Under the pieces are notes generated by a model. The model saw nothing but the letters and a program-made list of their open reading frames with translations. It had not been told where the DNA came from and searched no databases. Below, in pieces: positions 27,737-38,042 of a DNA stretch of 54,386 nucleotides. How positions within the stretch are numbered: the first letter of the stretch is position 1; each line of letters starts with the position of its first letter. The translations under genes were made by a program, and so were the position numbers. The DNA is from a virus. Taxonomy: Duplodnaviria > Caudoviricetes. The DNA is taken from positions 1 through 54,386 of IMG/VR virus record IMGVR_UViG_3300018914_000003; one strand, given 5' to 3'.

Positions 27737-28171
27737 TTAAGGTGTAAAATCAGTCATTTCAACCGTTCCTTCTGTTAGGTGAAGACCTAATGATTCCAAA
27801 ACATCTCTCAAAGTTTTATTACCTACCACGGTTGTTAAACTTACTCCCGAAGGAAAAACCAAATACATGCTTTCTACGGTTCCTTTTGTACAAATGTTTA
27901 AGCTTGTTTCTTCATTGACTGCTAAGGTTTTAGTACCCTCATAAGCCGAAATACCAATTACATCAGCTAAATTTGAAGAAGTAACCGGAATAAAACCATC
28001 AGCAACGGTCGTACTTCTGGCAACTAGCATTCCGCCTTTATGTTCAGCAGCGGCACCAGTTGTGTTTTTAAATGTTCCTACTACATACCTGTTGTCGAAA
28101 ATAAAAATCCGTTTACTTTCGTAATTGGCTGTAGACTGATTTCTGGTTTGGTTTGTTTGTGTAACTCCCAT
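27737..28171 (-). CDS. Head decoration protein (gpD position)
   Basis: Between protease and capsid genes. Confidence 0.65.
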   Translation of the reverse strand: MGVTQTNQTRNQSTANYESKRIFIFDNRYVVGTFKNTTGAAAEHKGGMLVARSTTVADGFIPVTSSNLADVIGISAYEGTKTLAVNEETSLNICTKGTVESMYLVFPSGVSLTTVVGNKTLRDVLESLGLHLTEGTVEMTDFTP

Positions 28172-28173
28172 GA

Positions 28174-29436
28174 TTATAAATCTTTATAAAAGTTTGCAGC
28201 TTCTTTTTCTTCCTCGCTTGCAGGATTGTCATTCGATTCTCCCGTAGCAATTTCAGCAGGTGAACTGTTTTCTAAACCTACCAATTTTGCTTTTTGAGAA
28301 CTTTTCACAATGAATTCTTCTCTTTGAGTTGCGGTGATTTCTTTTCCTGATTTAACACCGTTTTTTACAGCTTCAGGATCAGTTTCAAAATGAGCCATCC
28401 AAACCCCAACTCGATCTTGTTCAGCAGAAACCCCGGCCTGAAAAATAGCGTTATAAGTTTCTGGATGTAACGATTTTAATGTTGCAATATCCATCCTATT
28501 TTTTATTTGATTATTGTTATTGTTATTGTTTGGTTCTGATTGACGATTTTTAACATCTGATGAAATTTCTTTAACAACCTGATCAAAGCTCTTTAAACCA
28601 TCTATATAAGTACCAACTGCATCTTTCGCAAAGACTGTATTCCCGTTGTCAAAGTCAGTTCCTTTAAGTAAAGGTCTGTCGCTTACGACATTTTTTATAA
28701 AAGATTCATTAACCGGATCTAATAATTCGCTAATTAATAGTTGGTAATTATCATTGTTTAAGGCTTGTTCAAATGCCTCATTTTTTTTAGTTGATTTAGT
28801 AGCGTAAATTCTGATGTGTTTCATTCCGTCTGCGTAATCAGTGTTAGCTGCTTTGCCGTCAAACTGAATCATTGTGCCAACTGAACCAACCACACTCATA
28901 CCGTCTTCTGCATAAATCTTATCGCAAGAGGCTAAAATACCATACATCGCTGAACACGCATACCCGCCTTTTTCAACTAATCCATAAACTGGTTTAGTCT
29001 TTTTTACTAAATTAATAGTATCACGCATGATATTCACAGCGCCTGAAGCGCCGCCTCCTGAATCAGAATACAGTATAAAACCAATAACTTTATTATATTG
29101 AGAAAGATTCAACATTAAGGATGAAATTTGATTCATTCCATAGGATGACATTCCACCTGACTTAGTTATGGGACCGTCTATTTTTATAATCGCAATAGCT
29201 TCAAAGTCATTATCTGAATTTAAATCTTGTACATCTGACCAAGTTCCTGTAACTAATTTAGTTTTCTGATCTAATTTTAGAAAAAAAGTAGAATTTAATT
29301 TTTGGTCTGTTTCGCCAACCTCAATTCCATTTCTGAAATTGTTTAAAATTGCCATCATAGCCGGTAGAGAATTTTGGTCTATAAACCAAGGGTTCATGCC
29401 GTAAATTTCTTTCGCTAAATGCCAATTCATTTTCAT
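28174..29436 (-). CDS. S49 prohead protease/scaffold (gpC/Nu3-like)
   Basis: DSGGG, ACSAMY, VGSVG motifs; C-terminal scaffold part; real start probably 29436 or 29430. Confidence 0.9.
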   Translation of the reverse strand: MKMNWHLAKEIYGMNPWFIDQNSLPAMMAILNNFRNGIEVGETDQKLNSTFFLKLDQKTKLVTGTWSDVQDLNSDNDFEAIAIIKIDGPITKSGGMSSYGMNQISSLMLNLSQYNKVIGFILYSDSGGGASGAVNIMRDTINLVKKTKPVYGLVEKGGYACSAMYGILASCDKIYAEDGMSVVGSVGTMIQFDGKAANTDYADGMKHIRIYATKSTKKNEAFEQALNNDNYQLLISELLDPVNESFIKNVVSDRPLLKGTDFDNGNTVFAKDAVGTYIDGLKSFDQVVKEISSDVKNRQSEPNNNNNNNQIKNRMDIATLKSLHPETYNAIFQAGVSAEQDRVGVWMAHFETDPEAVKNGVKSGKEITATQREEFIVKSSQKAKLVGLENSSPAEIATGESNDNPASEEEKEAANFYKDL

Positions 29437-29540
29437 TTTGTCAAATATTGCATCAAATATAATAAAAACAACATAAATAAACAAATAAAAATTATTATTT
29501 ATAAAAATTATATAACCATAATGATTATTTTTTATTTTTT

Positions 29541-30011
29541 TTAAAATTTGTTCCACTGGAAATGCATCCAGTCATAATTCTTTTCTCTTCCGAGACTTAT
29601 AAAACCGTGCTTGTAAAAAATATCAATCATAGCTTTATATTCCGGTCTGGCAAATCTCGCTGTCTTTGATGTTTCTTTTAGTTTATTGCGATCAGGATCT
29701 AAATCAACAGCAAGTCCCCAGGCATGAACCGAATAAGATGTTCCCCCTCTCATTTGCCGGAAATTAAAACAACCGCCAAAAAGGTCTATTCCTAACGACT
29801 TTATTTTTTCATAACCGTATTCCTTCAGTATATCATTAAAAACGTTTTTCAAAGGCTGTGCGATATCTTTATGACACGACATTTTCTTTACTAAGGTGTC
29901 TTTATCCCACGCAAGGCGCATAGGAAATGGCAAATCAATCATTGTCAGATAACCTATACCGGTTTGATTTGGTAATCCGAATTTTGAAATGTATTGTGAT
30001 GTTGTTTTCAT
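29541..30011 (-). CDS. Endolysin, M15 family peptidase
   Basis: FNFR...[10 protein letters not shown]...DWMHFQ. Confidence 0.9.
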   Translation of the reverse strand: MKTTSQYISKFGLPNQTGIGYLTMIDLPFPMRLAWDKDTLVKKMSCHKDIAQPLKNVFNDILKEYGYEKIKSLGIDLFGGCFNFRQMRGGTSYSVHAWGLAVDLDPDRNKLKETSKTARFARPEYKAMIDIFYKHGFISLGREKNYDWMHFQWNKF

Positions 30012-30019
30012 CGTAAATT

Positions 30020-30481
30020 TTATTTAATCAATAACAATCCAACAACTCCCAAGATGGCCACCGAAACACCACCTATTTTAATACCGGTCCAGAGTTTTTT
30101 TCGTGCTGTTTTTTTCGATTGGATTTCAAGTATAGAAAGATCACCCTTCAAAATATCAATATTTGATTTTAGTTGATTTTCCCGTTCAACACATCCGTTT
30201 TTTTCCTGTTTCAAAATCTCCTGATTCGTAGCAATAATCTCATCTTTTGCTTTCAGCAGAATCTTTCCGGCAGTAAGTTGCTTTTCCTGCTCTGAAATTA
30301 ATTCGTTTGCACTGTTTAAAGTGTTTTCTGTTTTGTGAAGCCGAAGTTTCAGATAATCATTTTGCTTAATACCTTTGTATAATTCTGAAATCTGCGCTTC
30401 ACTGATATTCCTTGTAGCGGTATTTTGTGATAAAATCGAACTGCTCACTGATAGGAGCATTAACAATATGATCTTTTTCAT
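30020..30481 (-). CDS. Spanin-like protein (signal peptide, coiled coil, C-terminal TM)
   Basis: In the lysis cassette; overlaps the upstream gene by 83 nt. Confidence 0.5.
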   Translation of the reverse strand: MKKIILLMLLSVSSSILSQNTATRNISEAQISELYKGIKQNDYLKLRLHKTENTLNSANELISEQEKQLTAGKILLKAKDEIIATNQEILKQEKNGCVERENQLKSNIDILKGDLSILEIQSKKTARKKLWTGIKIGGVSVAILGVVGLLLIK

Positions 30482-30812
30482 TTTGTATGGTTTTTAAATC
30501 TTTAAAATTTTTATCGTAAGCGGATCTCATATTGACAACATTTGAATTTAAATTCATAAAATTTTTATTCATCAAATTCATTTCTACGGTCTGCTTAGCG
30601 AGAACAGTCAAAGCGGAATCGCTTTTAAAATTCGCTTTCTGTTCCCGGAGTTCTGCCTGCTTCCTTTCGGCTTCTTGGTTTTTCTGAATCTTTTTGATTT
30701 CAGTCACTTCATTTTCACTGTTTTGTTTGAAAATAATTCCTACAAATAAAGAAAAACCTGAAATGATCAGAACAGCGATAAAACCATAAATTATATCCTT
30801 ATTGATCTTCAT
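30399..30812 (-). CDS. i-spanin-like protein
   Basis: N-terminal TM plus coiled coil; ATG at 30812 preferred. Confidence 0.55.
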   Translation of the reverse strand: MKINKDIIYGFIAVLIISGFSLFVGIIFKQNSENEVTEIKKIQKNQEAERKQAELREQKANFKSDSALTVLAKQTVEMNLMNKNFMNLNSNVVNMRSAYDKNFKDLKTIQNEKDHIVNAPISEQFDFITKYRYKEYQ

Positions 30813-31182
30813 CTTCTTTGGTTGTGTTGTTGTTTTCATCCTTATCATCTTTTTCGTTATTGAGATTAAACCCTGCTTTCTTTGAAGCGGTGTCAAAAAT
30901 TTTTAAATATCTTTTATCGATCCAGTCTGCGATATACTGCCCGCCAAAAGCGACCATGGTAAGAGCCGGAGCACTCCACTTCCCCCAGTTTGACACTTTC
31001 AATAAGCCTGAAGCTACATAGGTTAAGCAAAAATTGATGAGCACCACCGCTACAACATAAGGTAAACTCACTTTTACTTTGTTTTTTATATACACAAAAG
31101 ATATATAAGCCCCCGAGCCAATTAACACAGAAAATAGTATTGCGAGAAATTCGCTTATGTTGTAGGGGGTTATATTTTCCAT
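30799..31182 (-). CDS. Holin (putative)
   Basis: Three TM segments, charged C-terminus, in the lysis cassette. Confidence 0.7.
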   Translation of the reverse strand: MENITPYNISEFLAILFSVLIGSGAYISFVYIKNKVKVSLPYVVAVVLINFCLTYVASGLLKVSNWGKWSAPALTMVAFGGQYIADWIDKRYLKIFDTASKKAGFNLNNEKDDKDENNNTTKEDEDQ

Positions 31183-31315
31183 TTAATTCAATAGTGCTGT
31201 TACAAAGTCTAAAGCTCGGTAAATCCTATATTAGCATCTAAACCAAAAGCACTTCTTAAAGTGTAAAAGTATTATCTGTGGCTGTTAAAGTAAATTTTTG
31301 TTTCATTTTGACACA

Positions 31316-32512
31316 CTAATTATAAATTTCTAATTTAAAAGGAACATTTATGAACTCATCATAAGTTTGCGCACCTCCTGATGCATTAGTACCATCAATA
31401 TGATTTTTAAAAACAAGAGATGTAGGAGTAGAAGCTGCATTATCTAAAACTAAAAAAGTTTCTGTTTGATTTACTCCATTTATCAAATAGCCTACACCAG
31501 TACTGAAAAAAACTTTATTTAAAGTGAATGCAGGGAAACTTGAAGTATCCATTGTGTAAACTCCTGCCGCAGTTCTGGTAAACAAAGCATCGGCAACACC
31601 AGAAAAACTAATATCTGATTTCACTGTCACAAAAACTGGGTTTTGCGTACCCGTTTGTGAAATGTAACCTATAATTTCTTTTTTCTTTTTTTGAGCATCT
31701 ACATATTTTCTTTGAACATAATCCAATTCATTAGGATTTTCTGAATAATCTGAACCTCCCACAAGACCTCTATTAGGCTGTACATAAACACGACCTGCGA
31801 CAGATCCGGGAGTAACTGAAATTGCTTGCATTTCAATCCCATCGTTACCATGTACATGTATCCAAGATGCACCTCCTGTACCCGGAGGACTAGCAACAGG
31901 AGAACCGGATGTAAAAATTCTTGCTCCAAAATCTTCAAAGTAAATCTCTGAAGAACAATTATCATTAGCAGGTTGATTTTTTACAAATTTACCAGCAGGT
32001 ACCATTTTTACTGGTCCTGATAAAGGTTTATCGGGTAAAGTACCTGATAAAGGCAATAAGCTTTCGGAAAGAGATTCAACTGATTGTGTTAAGGTATCCC
32101 AACCTGCAATGTTGGTATTATTAAGACCTGTAACCCAAACTACATTTTCACCAGTATTAATCAAATTCCATACATCGCCCTCAACTTGACCAGTAGTTGG
32201 CAAAGCTGCTGCATTAGCAACCGAACCTCGATATCTTAAGTAACCAGTTCCGCCTGGACCTCCACCAGTAACACCAAGTTTATTTTGCCATTGTACTACA
32301 TTTTGTGTAGACAAATTAGTCGCGTCTTTAAATGGAAATTTTCCATCTTGAGCTGATTCACCTAGATACATGAAGTTCGAATTTCCTTCAGGGACATTAT
32401 TGTTGATCCCATTTAAACTTACATAATATCCACCTTGATATTTTACCACTGAACCAGCTTTAATGACTAAACCTGATGCCCAATCTTGCGAATTAATTTT
32501 TTTGTTGTTCAT
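31316..32512 (-). CDS. Fibre/adhesin-like virion protein
   Basis: N-terminal W...G.VVKYQGGYY carbohydrate-binding-like motif; YRGSVANAAALPTTGQVEGDVW fibre motif; Gly-rich. Confidence 0.55.
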   Translation of the reverse strand: MNNKKINSQDWASGLVIKAGSVVKYQGGYYVSLNGINNNVPEGNSNFMYLGESAQDGKFPFKDATNLSTQNVVQWQNKLGVTGGGPGGTGYLRYRGSVANAAALPTTGQVEGDVWNLINTGENVVWVTGLNNTNIAGWDTLTQSVESLSESLLPLSGTLPDKPLSGPVKMVPAGKFVKNQPANDNCSSEIYFEDFGARIFTSGSPVASPPGTGGASWIHVHGNDGIEMQAISVTPGSVAGRVYVQPNRGLVGGSDYSENPNELDYVQRKYVDAQKKKKEIIGYISQTGTQNPVFVTVKSDISFSGVADALFTRTAAGVYTMDTSSFPAFTLNKVFFSTGVGYLINGVNQTETFLVLDNAASTPTSLVFKNHIDGTNASGGAQTYDEFINVPFKLEIYN

Positions 32513-32524
32513 TATGTTTAAAGG

Positions 32525-34207
32525 TTAGTTTTTTTCTTTTATTTTTTCTGGTTTTTGTTCTGGTATAGGTGGTTTTTTCATTTCTTCGGCCTTTTCAATA
32601 ATATCTTTACCTATATCCGTTTCTGTTTTAAATTTTGTAAAGTTATCATACCATTCGCCTTGGTTTAGTTCTTCTGATGCTCTTTCGTGAGAAATCAATG
32701 GTAATTGACCTTTCATTTGATCGCCCAGCATTTCGCGAATCGCTTTAACCTCTTTTAAAGGATCAATGTGTGGCATGTTTAAACCAGTAAATTTAGAACC
32801 TGAAAAACATTCAATAACGAACTCGTCATTATTTAAATACGCTTTTAGCAACGAAGGTGATTTTAATTTTCCTTTTAAAATCTCAACCTCTAACCAAAGA
32901 TTGTAAAAATTTTGGTAAAAATCAAAAGCAAAATCTTTTCTATATTTTACAACAATATAACCCCATCCATTTGTCGCAGCTCTTGATGCTGAATAGTTTG
33001 ATGAATACTTTTGTAGGGCAACTTCAGGAGGCATATCAATAGAAGCAGATATTTGCATAAAAAGCGCATCAAAAAACGGTGCGTAATTATCTTCTTGTTT
33101 TGAATCAAGCGCGTTTAATTTAGCTCCAATCGGCATATTGAAAGCTTGTTTTCCCGTGGTTCTGGTAATAACTTTGCTAATCTTATCCCCATCATCATAA
33201 CTGGTTACCTCACCTGTTGGGCCCATATTCTTACGCATAGCATCAACCAAAGGACTTTCCCCAGTAGATGTAGAATTATGTTCAATCGAAAACGCTATTT
33301 TTGCTCTTTCTTCAGCTCCACCAACGGAGGCTTCCGTATATCTGTCTAGTTTATCAACCTTCTCTAAAATGGCAGTAATTTTCGGAATACCTCTGTGGTG
33401 GTTTGACCTGTGCTTGTCTCCATAGATCATCCAAGCCATTAACCTTCCCTCTTTGGTCTTAGATTCGATCCTTTCAAATTCATAAAGTAAATTGTCTTTA
33501 CCTTCAATTTTAACGAAATATGCAACGTGCTGATTTTTTGAATCTAGTTCAATACCATGAATTATTTTATTCCCTCGATCTTTTGCTTCTTGATAAAATT
33601 TAGATTCTAAAACGGGATTCATCACTTCAGCACCATCAATCACTTGAACTTTGACTGTCTGGTTTATTACTCTTAATATAATAAGAGCATCACCACTTAA
33701 AAAAGCAGTTTTAAACGCTTCAGAAGCTCGTCTGTGCAGGTTTTCCATTCCAGCGAAATCACTTAGCTTTGAAGAAGAAAACACTTTAAAACGAGCTTCA
33801 ACGTGAGTCTTAAATTGACTTAAATCTTCAGAAATACCTTCTGTTAAAAGAGCATCTTCATTTGGCTCTGCTTGAAGTTTTAAACCGTTTCCTACTACCC
33901 ATGTAAAGAATTTACCAGTAATAATCTTTACAATATCTGATTTTAGATTGGCTTCATAAGCTCTATACCTAAGCCCTTGATGTTCAGGAACGATATTAAC
34001 CGGAGTTCCAAGCTCTCCTGGTGTTTTTTCACCATCAAAAGCATAAGTATTAGCCGCGTACCATGGTGACTGTATAATGGATCCAGGAGGATAACCAAAA
34101 GAACTGTCGGTTTCTTTTATTATAGGTTTTGTCGTGGTATCATTCGTTTCGGAAACTCTTGTACCTAAACTAATACTATTGAATATTGATTCAAAAAATT
34201 TTTTCAT
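32525..34207 (-). CDS. Portal protein, lambda family
   Basis: VVGNGLKL, IHGIELD, RGIP, NYSASRAA, IDPLKEV. Confidence 0.93.
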   Translation of the reverse strand: MKKFFESIFNSISLGTRVSETNDTTTKPIIKETDSSFGYPPGSIIQSPWYAANTYAFDGEKTPGELGTPVNIVPEHQGLRYRAYEANLKSDIVKIITGKFFTWVVGNGLKLQAEPNEDALLTEGISEDLSQFKTHVEARFKVFSSSKLSDFAGMENLHRRASEAFKTAFLSGDALIILRVINQTVKVQVIDGAEVMNPVLESKFYQEAKDRGNKIIHGIELDSKNQHVAYFVKIEGKDNLLYEFERIESKTKEGRLMAWMIYGDKHRSNHHRGIPKITAILEKVDKLDRYTEASVGGAEERAKIAFSIEHNSTSTGESPLVDAMRKNMGPTGEVTSYDDGDKISKVITRTTGKQAFNMPIGAKLNALDSKQEDNYAPFFDALFMQISASIDMPPEVALQKYSSNYSASRAATNGWGYIVVKYRKDFAFDFYQNFYNLWLEVEILKGKLKSPSLLKAYLNNDEFVIECFSGSKFTGLNMPHIDPLKEVKAIREMLGDQMKGQLPLISHERASEELNQGEWYDNFTKFKTETDIGKDIIEKAEEMKKPPIPEQKPEKIKEKN

Positions 34208-34509
34208 TATCTAAATGATTTCAGATCTCTCAAAACAACACACCTACCATTAAAACGGTTAATGTAAATTTGTTTGATATGTTCTAGGTTTTTTAAACCG
34301 TTAGTTACTTCGGTTAAACTTCTGTAGCCTGTTTTTATCTTTACTTGTCCGTCATCCAATTGATATTCACTTATGGTTGATCCTGAACCAGTTACGTATT
34401 CAGCCATAGAAACAATCATTAAATCAATTAAATTATCAATAGCTCTGATTTTATCAATAACCGAGGTCTTTGACATTAGATAAGTTGATATATTTTCATA
34501 TTCACACAT
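34207..34509 (-). CDS. Head-tail joining protein (gpW-like)
   Basis: Between terminase and portal; SEYQLDDGQ; ATG at 34509. Confidence 0.65.
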   Translation of the reverse strand: MCEYENISTYLMSKTSVIDKIRAIDNLIDLMIVSMAEYVTGSGSTISEYQLDDGQVKIKTGYRSLTEVTNGLKNLEHIKQIYINRFNGRCVVLRDLKSFR

Positions 34510-34706
34510 AATACACAAATATAAGAAAATATTTATATACATAAATATTTATGTGTATAAAAAAAACAAACATAAAGTTAAATATTTACAGTATTAAAAA
34601 TATCAAAAATAGAAAAAGGAACTTTATGGCAATGTGATAAGTCAAAAAAAGAAATTCCTGAAAGCCGGGAGTATTTGGTGAAAATGAATTTGTTGTTTTT
34701 TCGAAA

Positions 34707-36761
34707 TTAACTAATCAACCTCATGAAATCTTGCCAGGTTAAAGATTTAATTTTTGGATCTGTAAGTTTAACCAAATCCAAATAAATTTCCCTGGCCGCC
34801 ATGTTATAAATACGAACATCCCAAAAGTGATTTTGACTTTGAGATGTTTTTTTCTCCCAGCTATAACCAATTACTTCGCCATTTTCTTCGATTTCGGTTT
34901 TCTTTTCACCTTCATAGTGAACGAAGTATGACTTATAGGTATATTTTCCGTCTTTAGGTTGTGGGAAATTCATAAACCCTTCAGGCTGACCCCCGTCCAT
35001 ACCTTCCCTTAGCTTCATGTTTTCAGCAACCAAATCCTTTAATTGATTAACTTGAAGAAGATATAAATTTCTCGCTTCTTTTGATCTTGAAGTCAAGGGT
35101 GTATCTTTTGAAATTAAACGATAATTATTTTCGACCCTACCTTTTACGCCTACAATCACAATCCCCTTTGTCACCATGGAATTTATGAATAATTGAGCAC
35201 TTCGAGTAAAGAATCCGGTATCAACAACTGTCAGATTTATTTTAAATATCTTGCCTGATTCTGATTTATATTCATTGTTGATTATTTCTTCAAAATACGG
35301 CCAAACTGAATTAGGTTGGTTTATTGCATACGTCATTTTGTACCTGTCACCGTCTCGGTCTCTTTCTTCTTTTAAGACATTTCTTGATCTCCTGAATGAT
35401 CCAATACTACCATGATCAATTGAATAGGTTTGTCCTCCCGTAGTATGCGCAACTATTTCCCAGTCTAATCTAACATCTTCAACATCTGTGTGACCCTCTC
35501 TTTTCATCACACCGTTTAAATCACATGCTAAAGTCAATAAAATAATTTTTCCATTACCTTTTTCTTCACAACTCAAATCAGGAACAATACCCGGGTCATA
35601 CGATCCGGTATTATGCATTAAATCCAAAACCTTAGGCGTTTCTCCTTGTTCTTCCCAAGTTTGTCCCATTCTGATGTTAAGAAAAGTTTGAAGCATACTT
35701 TTTTTGACGGGCTGTCCTGGTGGACATGCTTCTATCCATTCCTTAACCAAATCGACCCAAGTTACAAACCCGGGCGGAATGACAAGCGCGTTCAAGTGAT
35801 AAGAATAGTAATTTTTAATTTTAGGTTTTGCAGTTGGCACCCATTGTCCTGCTTTGTTAAATTCAAATTTATCTTCTTCAAATATTTCTCCTCCGCAAAG
35901 TTGGCAAATATATTTTACCGAAAACTCATCTAAATCTCCATGCTCATCAATTTTCCAAACTATCCCAGCAAAGGTGCCATCTTCTTTTTCAACCCGCCAT
36001 TTCAAATCAATTAGTTTCTTGCAGTGAGGGCAGGTCCAATGCCATTTTCTTTGATCACCTAATTCGTAAATTGGTTCAATGTTTGAGGTTTGTTTTATGG
36101 TTGGGGTTGAAATGAAATACGTTTTTGCCATGTTTCCATATGAGGTCTGTCTACCTTCCATAAGTTTCCTAAGCGAACCTTCGTTTTTATCATTACGTGG
36201 AGCAGCTTCCCAGTCATCAGCGAAAATATGCTTCACGGAAATCTGACGCATCTTCGTCACGTTGTTTGTTCCTTCAACTGTCATACGTCCTCCCGCATAT
36301 TCTTTAGACAAACTTGTGTCACCTGTTCTTTGGTTTTTAGCTCTAACAACTGACGGTCTTATTAAACCTTGCAAACCAGAAGATTGCATAATTGGATCAA
36401 ACCTCTCCTGAATAGAGGTTTTGGCAAGTTCTTTGTCACCCGCCATAAATAAAATTGGATAAGCATCTTCGGATATAATATATGCCATTCCGGGAATGAT
36501 CAAACCTTGGGTTAAACCAATTTGGGCAGGCTTCATAACGGCCACAACGCGAGCAGGGTCATCACTTGAAATCCTATTCACAATTTCCTTAACGTATGGA
36601 GAAATTTCATAAGAAAAAGGCCCGGTATATCTTGAAACACCATCTGGTAATATTATGTTTTCTTCGATCCAATCTGAAGGTTTTTTCTTTACAAAATTTA
36701 CATTGTACGCTTTTGTGTGAATTTCCTGGTAAGCTTTTAGCCATATTTTATTTGTCTCCAT
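34707..36761 (-). CDS. Terminase large subunit, GpA family
   Basis: KPAQIGLT Walker A, ISTPT, GDQR...CPHC, NHFWD. Confidence 0.95.
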   Translation of the reverse strand: METNKIWLKAYQEIHTKAYNVNFVKKKPSDWIEENIILPDGVSRYTGPFSYEISPYVKEIVNRISSDDPARVVAVMKPAQIGLTQGLIIPGMAYIISEDAYPILFMAGDKELAKTSIQERFDPIMQSSGLQGLIRPSVVRAKNQRTGDTSLSKEYAGGRMTVEGTNNVTKMRQISVKHIFADDWEAAPRNDKNEGSLRKLMEGRQTSYGNMAKTYFISTPTIKQTSNIEPIYELGDQRKWHWTCPHCKKLIDLKWRVEKEDGTFAGIVWKIDEHGDLDEFSVKYICQLCGGEIFEEDKFEFNKAGQWVPTAKPKIKNYYSYHLNALVIPPGFVTWVDLVKEWIEACPPGQPVKKSMLQTFLNIRMGQTWEEQGETPKVLDLMHNTGSYDPGIVPDLSCEEKGNGKIILLTLACDLNGVMKREGHTDVEDVRLDWEIVAHTTGGQTYSIDHGSIGSFRRSRNVLKEERDRDGDRYKMTYAINQPNSVWPYFEEIINNEYKSESGKIFKINLTVVDTGFFTRSAQLFINSMVTKGIVIVGVKGRVENNYRLISKDTPLTSRSKEARNLYLLQVNQLKDLVAENMKLREGMDGGQPEGFMNFPQPKDGKYTYKSYFVHYEGEKKTEIEENGEVIGYSWEKKTSQSQNHFWDVRIYNMAAREIYLDLVKLTDPKIKSLTWQDFMRLIS

Positions 36762-36810
36762 AATCCATGCTCTGTGTGTAAGAAGTTAAATAAAATCTGT
36801 TTTTTTTATT

Positions 36811-37545
36811 TTATTTTCTCTCACCTCTACTTCTTGACTCAGCATAATTCTCAACCACGTTTTCGATTTCTTGAAAAGCAGTCTGTTCAGTTCTCTTGAT
36901 TGTACTGTTTAATTTCTGCCTTATTTTCAAAATCAATTCAGCCAATTTATCTCTATTGCCTCCCGACAACACATCACAATAAATTGAAGCAATATTAATT
37001 AAATCCTGTTCAAAGTTTTTATTTATATGCTGAATATTTACTTTTAAAATTGATTCAACCAAATCTACAGGCATTAAACTTCCATTTAATTTATTGATTT
37101 GTATTTGCTGCATTTCAACTGACTTTTCCGCTTTAATTGCGTCAGCTTTCTTTTTTCGCAAATCCCAACTGGTGGTCTCCCCGTCTTCTTCATTCTGTTC
37201 TAACCTCTTTTTTCTTTCCGTTGGGGTTTCTTCTTTGGTATAAATTTCTTCAATTAAATCTTCGTCTTCTTCAGGAATTGCGTCTTCAATTATTTTTTTT
37301 AAATCTGATTTCTCTTTTGCTTCAATATAGACCTTTACTTTCTTTTCCGCTCTTTCATTTGCTAATTTTTCAGCGGCTAAAGCCAATTGTTTTTTTTTGA
37401 AAATCTTGTTTAAAGGATTTTCAGTATCAACCATAGTCTTGTTATTCGTTAAAACAGAAATTTTTTTCCTGCTAATATTTGTGTTGATGATTTGAATCGT
37501 TGTCTTACAAATCGCAGCAAATTCAGATCTTGTTATGATTGACAT
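36811..37545 (-). CDS. Terminase small subunit (Nu1-like)
   Basis: N-terminal wHTH (TRSEFA), coiled coil, G.L.PV; upstream of TerL. Confidence 0.75.
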   Translation of the reverse strand: MSIITRSEFAAICKTTIQIINTNISRKKISVLTNNKTMVDTENPLNKIFKKKQLALAAEKLANERAEKKVKVYIEAKEKSDLKKIIEDAIPEEDEDLIEEIYTKEETPTERKKRLEQNEEDGETTSWDLRKKKADAIKAEKSVEMQQIQINKLNGSLMPVDLVESILKVNIQHINKNFEQDLINIASIYCDVLSGGNRDKLAELILKIRQKLNSTIKRTEQTAFQEIENVVENYAESRSRGERK

Positions 37546-37699
37546 AAATTCAAGGTTTTAATATTTTGTTATTTTTGACTTTAAGGAGCTGTTTTAGAGG
37601 TTTTTATGTATTACAAAAATAACAAAATATAACAGCACTTACGAATGTTTAAAACAAAGTTTATAACATATCAAAAATCAGTGTCAAGTGTGTAAAAAA

Positions 37700-37748
37700 A
37701 GCAGGGCGCAACCTACTGCATAAATCAAAGAAATAGCCCACAGTACCT
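37700..37748 (-). other. Candidate cos site
   Basis: Minus strand AGGTACT-22 nt-GCAGTAGGTTGC upstream of TerS, laid out like lambda cosQ-cosN. Confidence 0.4.
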
Positions 37749-38042
37749 AACGATTTTCGGCATAGTCCGACACGCAGATAGTCATCCTATGTTTGAGATG
37801 AAAATAAACGATTTAAGGCATGTATATGACGTTATAAATAATTAAGAGGCAGCATATAAAATTCATATAAAAAAAAGCAATATATAAGATTACAGGTCAT
37901 GACGATAAAACTTCTCAAGATGTACTCAAATTAATAATAATACAGACATAACCAACCCTTACTCTTGAGTTTATTCATACCATACAACGAGATACGGATG
38001 ATCGGGATAAAGGCTTGTTTTCTAATGCATTATCCATATCGT

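Noticed and set aside
28174-29556. Long N-terminal extensions in the ORF track (also 30896, 19302, 34542, 49223, 52949)
   Set aside because: They run through AT-rich promoter regions or upstream genes; downstream ATGs with coupling or promoter support are more plausible
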